Shown one piece after another: positions 60,314 through 64,000 of a stretch of DNA of 64,000 bases. The notes under the pieces are model-generated. The model saw only the letters and a list, made by a program, of their open reading frames with translations. It was not told the origin of the DNA and did no database searches. The position numbers and the translations under genes were made by a program. Location of the stretch: the IMG/VR virus record IMGVR_UViG_2706795703_000001, positions 8,140-72,139 of that record. One strand, written 5' to 3'. The first letter of the stretch is position 1; each line of letters opens with the position of its first letter. The stretch is from a virus. Taxonomy: Duplodnaviria; Caudoviricetes.

Positions 60314-61363
60314 CTACACCGGCATCAGGGCGGTAAACGCCCGTGCCTTCATGTCGGCCACGTCCACCGACGTCAGCGTGCGCTGGGCCCGCCGGATCGC
60401 CGCCTCCTCGTCGTCGTCCACCTTGGCCGCCAGCGGGGCCTTGTGGTCCAGGTACTCGGTCATGGCGTTGTACACCCCGAAGGCGGTGCCCTTGAAGGGC
60501 GCGACGGTGGCGGCGGTGTCGTACAGGCTGGCCACCGCGCGGGCCTTGGCCTTGCGCCCGTCGGCCTGCTTCTGAGTGGTCGACCCCTCGACGTTCCAGA
60601 TGTCCTCCAGCACGTCCAGCACCTCGATGGACCCCATTTCGCGGGCAATCAGCCGCTCGCACTGTTCCACGAAGGTGTCGCGGTAGGCGAAGGTGACGCC
60701 CAGCAGCTGGCGCACTTCGGCCAGGCGCTTGGTGGGGTCACCGGTGTGGCGCAGGCTGACCGACGACCGCGCCGCGTTCTCTGCCATCCGCTGGGTGTTG
60801 GCGCAGACGATGCGCACGGGGCTGATCAACGCCCGCAACGGGTACTCGCCGGTGTGGTTGTTGAGCAGGCAGATGTACAGGTCGGTGATGTCCAGCTCAC
60901 CGGTCACCGGGCTGCGAAACTCCATGTGACCCGGCAAGCGCATGGTCACGAAGGTGTCGCGGCCACCGCGCAGCGCCCCGATGGTTTCGATGTGCGCCCC
61001 GCCCTCGTCCACCAGCGACGACAGCATCGGCGTGGTCTCCTCGTTGCTGAAGGGCACCCAGCGGTTGCCGACCACGCCCAGCGCCTCGGGCTGGTGGTTG
61101 ATGGGATTGTCGCGCAGCACCACGTGGCGGTCGGGCACCGCCAGGGCGTACTGCTCGCCGCCGTCGGTGGTGTACTTGGCCACCAGCGGCTGCTTGCGGA
61201 CGTTCCAGCCGCGCATGTGGGCGGCGTCGAGGGCCTCGTCCACGGTCATCAGGTGACCGACGGGGGTGCCCAGCTTGTGCCAGGCGTCGACGCGCCCGTT
61301 GCGGTCCACGCGGCTGTCGGCGTAGCTGGCCTGGCCGTCGGTGATGTCGATTTCGTGCGCCAT
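60314..61363 (-). CDS. DUF932 / TIGR03299-like phage-plasmid protein (349 aa)
   Basis: AWHKLG, LGVVGNRW.P..N, ETIGALRGGR, NNHTG...PVRIVCANT, NAMTEYLDH; ATG 61363 with SD AGGAGG. Confidence 0.85.
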   Translation of the reverse strand: MAHEIDITDGQASYADSRVDRNGRVDAWHKLGTPVGHLMTVDEALDAAHMRGWNVRKQPLVAKYTTDGGEQYALAVPDRHVVLRDNPINHQPEALGVVGNRWVPFSNEETTPMLSSLVDEGGAHIETIGALRGGRDTFVTMRLPGHMEFRSPVTGELDITDLYICLLNNHTGEYPLRALISPVRIVCANTQRMAENAARSSVSLRHTGDPTKRLAEVRQLLGVTFAYRDTFVEQCERLIAREMGSIEVLDVLEDIWNVEGSTTQKQADGRKAKARAVASLYDTAATVAPFKGTAFGVYNAMTEYLDHKAPLAAKVDDDEEAAIRRAQRTLTSVDVADMKARAFTALMPV

Positions 61364-61428
61364 GGTGATCCTCCTTGATCGTTGGTTGTGGTTGGTTGCG
61401 CGTTGGCCAGCCGCGCCCCTGGTCGGCC

Positions 61429-61758
61429 CTAGCGGACCAGCGCGCTGTCGGTGACGGTGTAGCCGTCGGGCAGCAGGCCCTCCAGGCGCTCGGCCACGTC
61501 CAGCGGCTGGACGTCGCCGGGCACCGTGATGGTCACGGTGACCGACTTGGTGGTGGCCAGGGTGGCGGTGACCACGGGCCCGTAGGTGGGCACCCAGTTC
61601 CCGGTGCGTACCAGCCCTGCCTCGCCCACGGCGGTGTAGGCGTCGGACTTGTCGGCCGCCGACCGCAGGCGGGTAATGGGCCCGTCTGCGGCCTGCACCC
61701 ACACGTTGCCGGTCACGGGGTTGAAGTACGCGGCGGCAGGGTAGGTAATGGCGGCCAT
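61429..61758 (-). CDS. Hypothetical protein (109 aa)
   Basis: SD AGGAG after cassette 7. Confidence 0.75.
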   Translation of the reverse strand: MAAITYPAAAYFNPVTGNVWVQAADGPITRLRSAADKSDAYTAVGEAGLVRTGNWVPTYGPVVTATLATTKSVTVTITVPGDVQPLDVAERLEGLLPDGYTVTDSALVR

Positions 61759-61777
61759 GGTGGCTCCTATCTGTTGG

Positions 61778-61858
61778 GGCGGGGCGGTCCCGCCGGGCTG
61801 ACAGGTATGAAGTTACCCGACATATGCGGGCAAGTCAAACGGTACGACCAGGCAATTT
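61778..61858 (-). promoter_or_regulatory. Operator-promoter cassette 7 (TTGACT-N17-TAACTT) with leader hairpin and upstream AAATTGCCTG
   Basis: -35 at 61833-38, -10 at 61810-15, hairpin at 61778-94, upstream element at 61849-58. Confidence 0.85.
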
Positions 61859-62006
61859 AGGTCAACATCAGGATCATTATGCACATCAGCGGGGCCAAGG
61901 CGACGACAGCCGCCGCCTTCTCGCCCCGGCTGTCGCGGTCAGCGACGTGCAGCCCGATGCAGCCGGTCAGGCTGATGAACGCCAGCACCAGCACCGTGGC
62001 GTTCAC
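61857..62006 (-). CDS. Small 2-TM membrane protein (49 aa), not in the ORF track
   Basis: Hand translation MNATVLVLAFISLTGCIGLHVADRDSRGEKAAAVVALAPLMCIMILMLT; GTGA coupling. Confidence 0.6.
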   Translation of the reverse strand: MNATVLVLAFISLTGCIGLHVADRDSRGEKAAAVVALAPLMCIMILMLT

Positions 62007-62431
62007 GGGCGGAACCACGTTTCCATCTGGGCGGGCGTCGGGGTGCCCGTCGGGTCCGGTGCGGGCCAGCTGGCCTCGATGCCGATGGCGGTGTCGCCCA
62101 GCGGCACGATCTTTCCGTCGGCGTCCAGGCGGGGGTGGTCGGCGTTCGGATCGCAGACGTCACAGCACCACCCATGCCAGCCAGGATCGCCGCAGACCCG
62201 GCACGGCAGGGTAGCCAGTACCTGGTCCAGCGTCAACGGCGTGGGGCTGTCGACCATGGCGGCAAACAGGCCGCCGTCGGTCTCGCGGAACACCTTGTCG
62301 CGGCGCTCTGCGCGGGTCTCACGCGCCAGCTGGGCGGCCCAGCGGACATGGGCGGTGTCGGCGGCCCGGCGGTTGCGTCCGGCGGCCTTGCGACCAAACC
62401 AGCCGCAGGCGGGGCAGTAGATAGCGTGCAT
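62003..62431 (-). CDS. Cys-rich hypothetical protein (142 aa)
   Basis: CPAC...CRVC...CCDVC; coupled to the upstream stop. Confidence 0.65.
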   Translation of the reverse strand: MHAIYCPACGWFGRKAAGRNRRAADTAHVRWAAQLARETRAERRDKVFRETDGGLFAAMVDSPTPLTLDQVLATLPCRVCGDPGWHGWCCDVCDPNADHPRLDADGKIVPLGDTAIGIEASWPAPDPTGTPTPAQMETWFRP

Positions 62432-62652
62432 CACGACGCCACCCGACGCGCTGCCCAGTAGGCAGCGTTCTCGCCCAGCTCGAAGTCCACAATGGCGCTG
62501 GCCAGGGCCCAGTCGGCGGCCTCGGCGTCCAGGGTGTTCTCCAGGGTGCTGGTGATGCCCAGACCCACGGGGCAAGCGGTGTCGTGGTCGGTGACGTAGC
62601 CGCCGCAGCTGTCGCAGGTGGGCGGCTCGGTGACGTCGGCGGGGTCAAACAT
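62431..62652 (-). CDS. Hypothetical protein (73 aa)
   Basis: SD AGGAG; CDSC...H..C motif. Confidence 0.7.
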   Translation of the reverse strand: MFDPADVTEPPTCDSCGGYVTDHDTACPVGLGITSTLENTLDAEAADWALASAIVDFELGENAAYWAARRVAS

Positions 62653-62657
62653 GGTGG

Positions 62658-62864
62658 TCAGCTCCTGGTCTGGTAGTGGGCGGCAATCTGGGCGGTCAGG
62701 GCCTTGATGTGCGGGCCCAGCAGGCTGGCGGCGTACTGGTCCCCGCTGGCCTCCAGCGTGGCCTTGGCCGTAGCCAGGGTCTCGCGGGCCTTCTGGGCCT
62801 GGGCCACCGCGCTGCGGCTGGTGACGGGCTTGCGGGTGTCGCGCACCCGGCTGGCGGTAATCAC
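62658..62864 (-). CDS. Hypothetical protein (68 aa)
   Basis: SD AAGGAG before GTG. Confidence 0.7.
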   Translation of the reverse strand: MITASRVRDTRKPVTSRSAVAQAQKARETLATAKATLEASGDQYAASLLGPHIKALTAQIAAHYQTRS

Positions 62865-62876
62865 GGTCTGGTCTCC

Positions 62877-63014
62877 TTACTCGGCCGCGTCGAAGGCGGC
62901 GAAGAGGTCGTCAAGGGTATGGATGCCGTGGGCGGCGAGGTTGGCCGCAACGGCGGCGCGGTCGCGGGCGTCGGCAACGCGGGCGTTGTGCTGGGCGATG
63001 GTGTTGTCGACCAT
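62877..63014 (-). CDS. Hypothetical protein (45 aa), not in the ORF track
   Basis: SD AAGGAG after cassette 8; MVDNTIAQHNARVADARDRAAVAANLAAHGIHTLDDLFAAFDAAE. Confidence 0.7.
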   Translation of the reverse strand: MVDNTIAQHNARVADARDRAAVAANLAAHGIHTLDDLFAAFDAAE

Positions 63015-63033
63015 GGTGGGCTCCTTGTGCTGG

Positions 63034-63114
63034 GGCGGGGCTGTCCCGCCGGGCTGGTGAAGACGAAGTTACCCGCCTATGTCGGGTAAGTCAAGCGCTA
63101 GGACCAGGCAATTT
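63034..63114 (-). promoter_or_regulatory. Operator-promoter cassette 8 (TTGACT-N17-TAACTT) with leader hairpin and upstream AAATTGCCTG
   Basis: -35 at 63089-94, -10 at 63066-71, hairpin at 63034-50, upstream element at 63105-14. Confidence 0.85.
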
Positions 63115-63137
63115 ACCCGGCCCTAGCGCCTGACCGG

Positions 63138-63896
63138 CTACGCGCGGGGCGTGGGCAGCCCGGCCGGGTTCTCCGGCGTCGGCACGTACTGGAGCCAGCG
63201 CCGGATGGTCTCGCGGCCGGTCGCCTCGTCCATGCCCACCGGAAGCTCCAGCTTGCCGCTGTCCAGCGCGGCGTAGATGAGCGCGTGGACCGACTCGCCC
63301 AGCAGCTGGCGGTGGGTGGCGGGCCGACCCTTGGCGTTCATCCGCTGGGCCTGGGCGTCGGCCTTGGCCGCCTGGGCGGCGTCGATGGCGGCCAGCTCGC
63401 GCTCGATGGCAGCGGTGCGCTCGGCCTCGGTCGGCACGTTGCCCTCGCGGGGCGCGCTGCCCACCACCGACTTGCGCGACTTCTTCGGCGCGGGCTCGGT
63501 CAGGAAGTCCAGGCCCTTGGCAATGGCCGGGGCCAGTTCCTCGGTGACCGGCGCGGCCTTGGCGGGCTTGGCACCCTTGGCCAGGATCAGGGCGTCGATG
63601 GCGGCCTCGGGCCAGCCCTTATCGGCGGGGAAGTCACCGACGTGGGCGGTGCCCTTCACGGCGGTCGGGACGGCCTCGACCACGGTGGACTCGTAGCCCT
63701 CGCGGGCGAAGTACTCCCCGACCTTGCCGCTGCGCGCCTTCTCGGCGGCCTGCGGGGACTTGTGCCAGCTGTACGGGCCCCAGGTCTCCCCGTCGCTGCC
63801 GCTGGTCATCAGCACGTGGGTGTAGGGCATCGTCGGGCTGGTTCGCGTGAAGGTCTGCCCGTTGGGGGCGGTGGCGGTGAAGGTGATGCTGGCCAT
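63138..63896 (-). CDS. Hypothetical protein (252 aa)
   Basis: SD AGGAGG after cassette 9. Confidence 0.75.
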   Translation of the reverse strand: MASITFTATAPNGQTFTRTSPTMPYTHVLMTSGSDGETWGPYSWHKSPQAAEKARSGKVGEYFAREGYESTVVEAVPTAVKGTAHVGDFPADKGWPEAAIDALILAKGAKPAKAAPVTEELAPAIAKGLDFLTEPAPKKSRKSVVGSAPREGNVPTEAERTAAIERELAAIDAAQAAKADAQAQRMNAKGRPATHRQLLGESVHALIYAALDSGKLELPVGMDEATGRETIRRWLQYVPTPENPAGLPTPRA

Positions 63897-63917
63897 GGTG
63901 GTCCTCCTGGTTACGGT

Positions 63918-63975
63918 GGCGGGTCTGTCCCGCCGTGGTGAAAGCGAAGTTACCCGCCTATGTCGGGTAAGTCAA
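63918..63975 (-). promoter_or_regulatory. Operator-promoter cassette 9 (TTGACT-N17-TAACTT) with leader hairpin
   Basis: -35 at 63970-75, -10 at 63947-52, hairpin at 63918-34. Confidence 0.85.
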
Positions 63976-64000
63976 CTCGTCAGGTGATACCCTGCCCACC

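Noticed and set aside
450-63941. Hundreds of long alternative-frame and antisense ORFs in the track (e.g. 4063-6810 minus, 1518-3284 minus, 17036-18946 minus, 36078-38360 plus, 42173-44314 plus, 59678-61378 plus)
   Set aside because: Shadow ORFs expected at very high GC: Arg/Pro/Gly-rich or mirror-frame composition, no SD, and fully overlapping well-supported genes.
55148-63975. Cassette repeats as a CRISPR array
   Set aside because: Spacing is kilobases and irregular, repeats contain promoter elements, and there are no cas genes.

Overview
The whole window is part of a high-GC, lytic, siphovirus-type actinobacteriophage genome. Gene order and content match mycobacteriophage cluster B; the subcluster cannot be assigned without a database search. 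Positions 1-31.4 kb are rightward virion genes: portal (5' truncated), MuF/protease fusion, separate hexamer and pentamer capsid proteins, holin-like genes, major tail protein, head-tail connectors, chaperone, 2009-aa tape measure and minor tail proteins. Lysin A and lysin B lie at 33-36 kb. A leftward replication block (SSB-like, exonuclease, SF2 helicase, primase-helicase, PolA) runs from 36 to 50 kb, followed by many small accessory genes at 50-64 kb. No integrase, CRISPR array or canonical tRNA was found. The most notable non-coding signals are: (1) nine SigA-type leftward promoters with a palindromic operator between -35 and -10; (2) a conserved boxB-like leader hairpin, GCGGG-ACHGN-CCCGC, in 8 copies next to a highly basic protein gene, suggesting an RNA-level regulon such as antitermination; (3) a 71-nt tRNA mimic lacking a normal anticodon arm at 60196-60266; (4) a displaced tail-chaperone pair with a likely -1 frameshift; (5) a set of leaderless rightward promoters, several back-to-back with the operator promoters. 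An Acb2/Tad1-like anti-defence candidate and an orphan HicA-like toxin are also present. All family assignments come from motif recognition by eye, not from searches.
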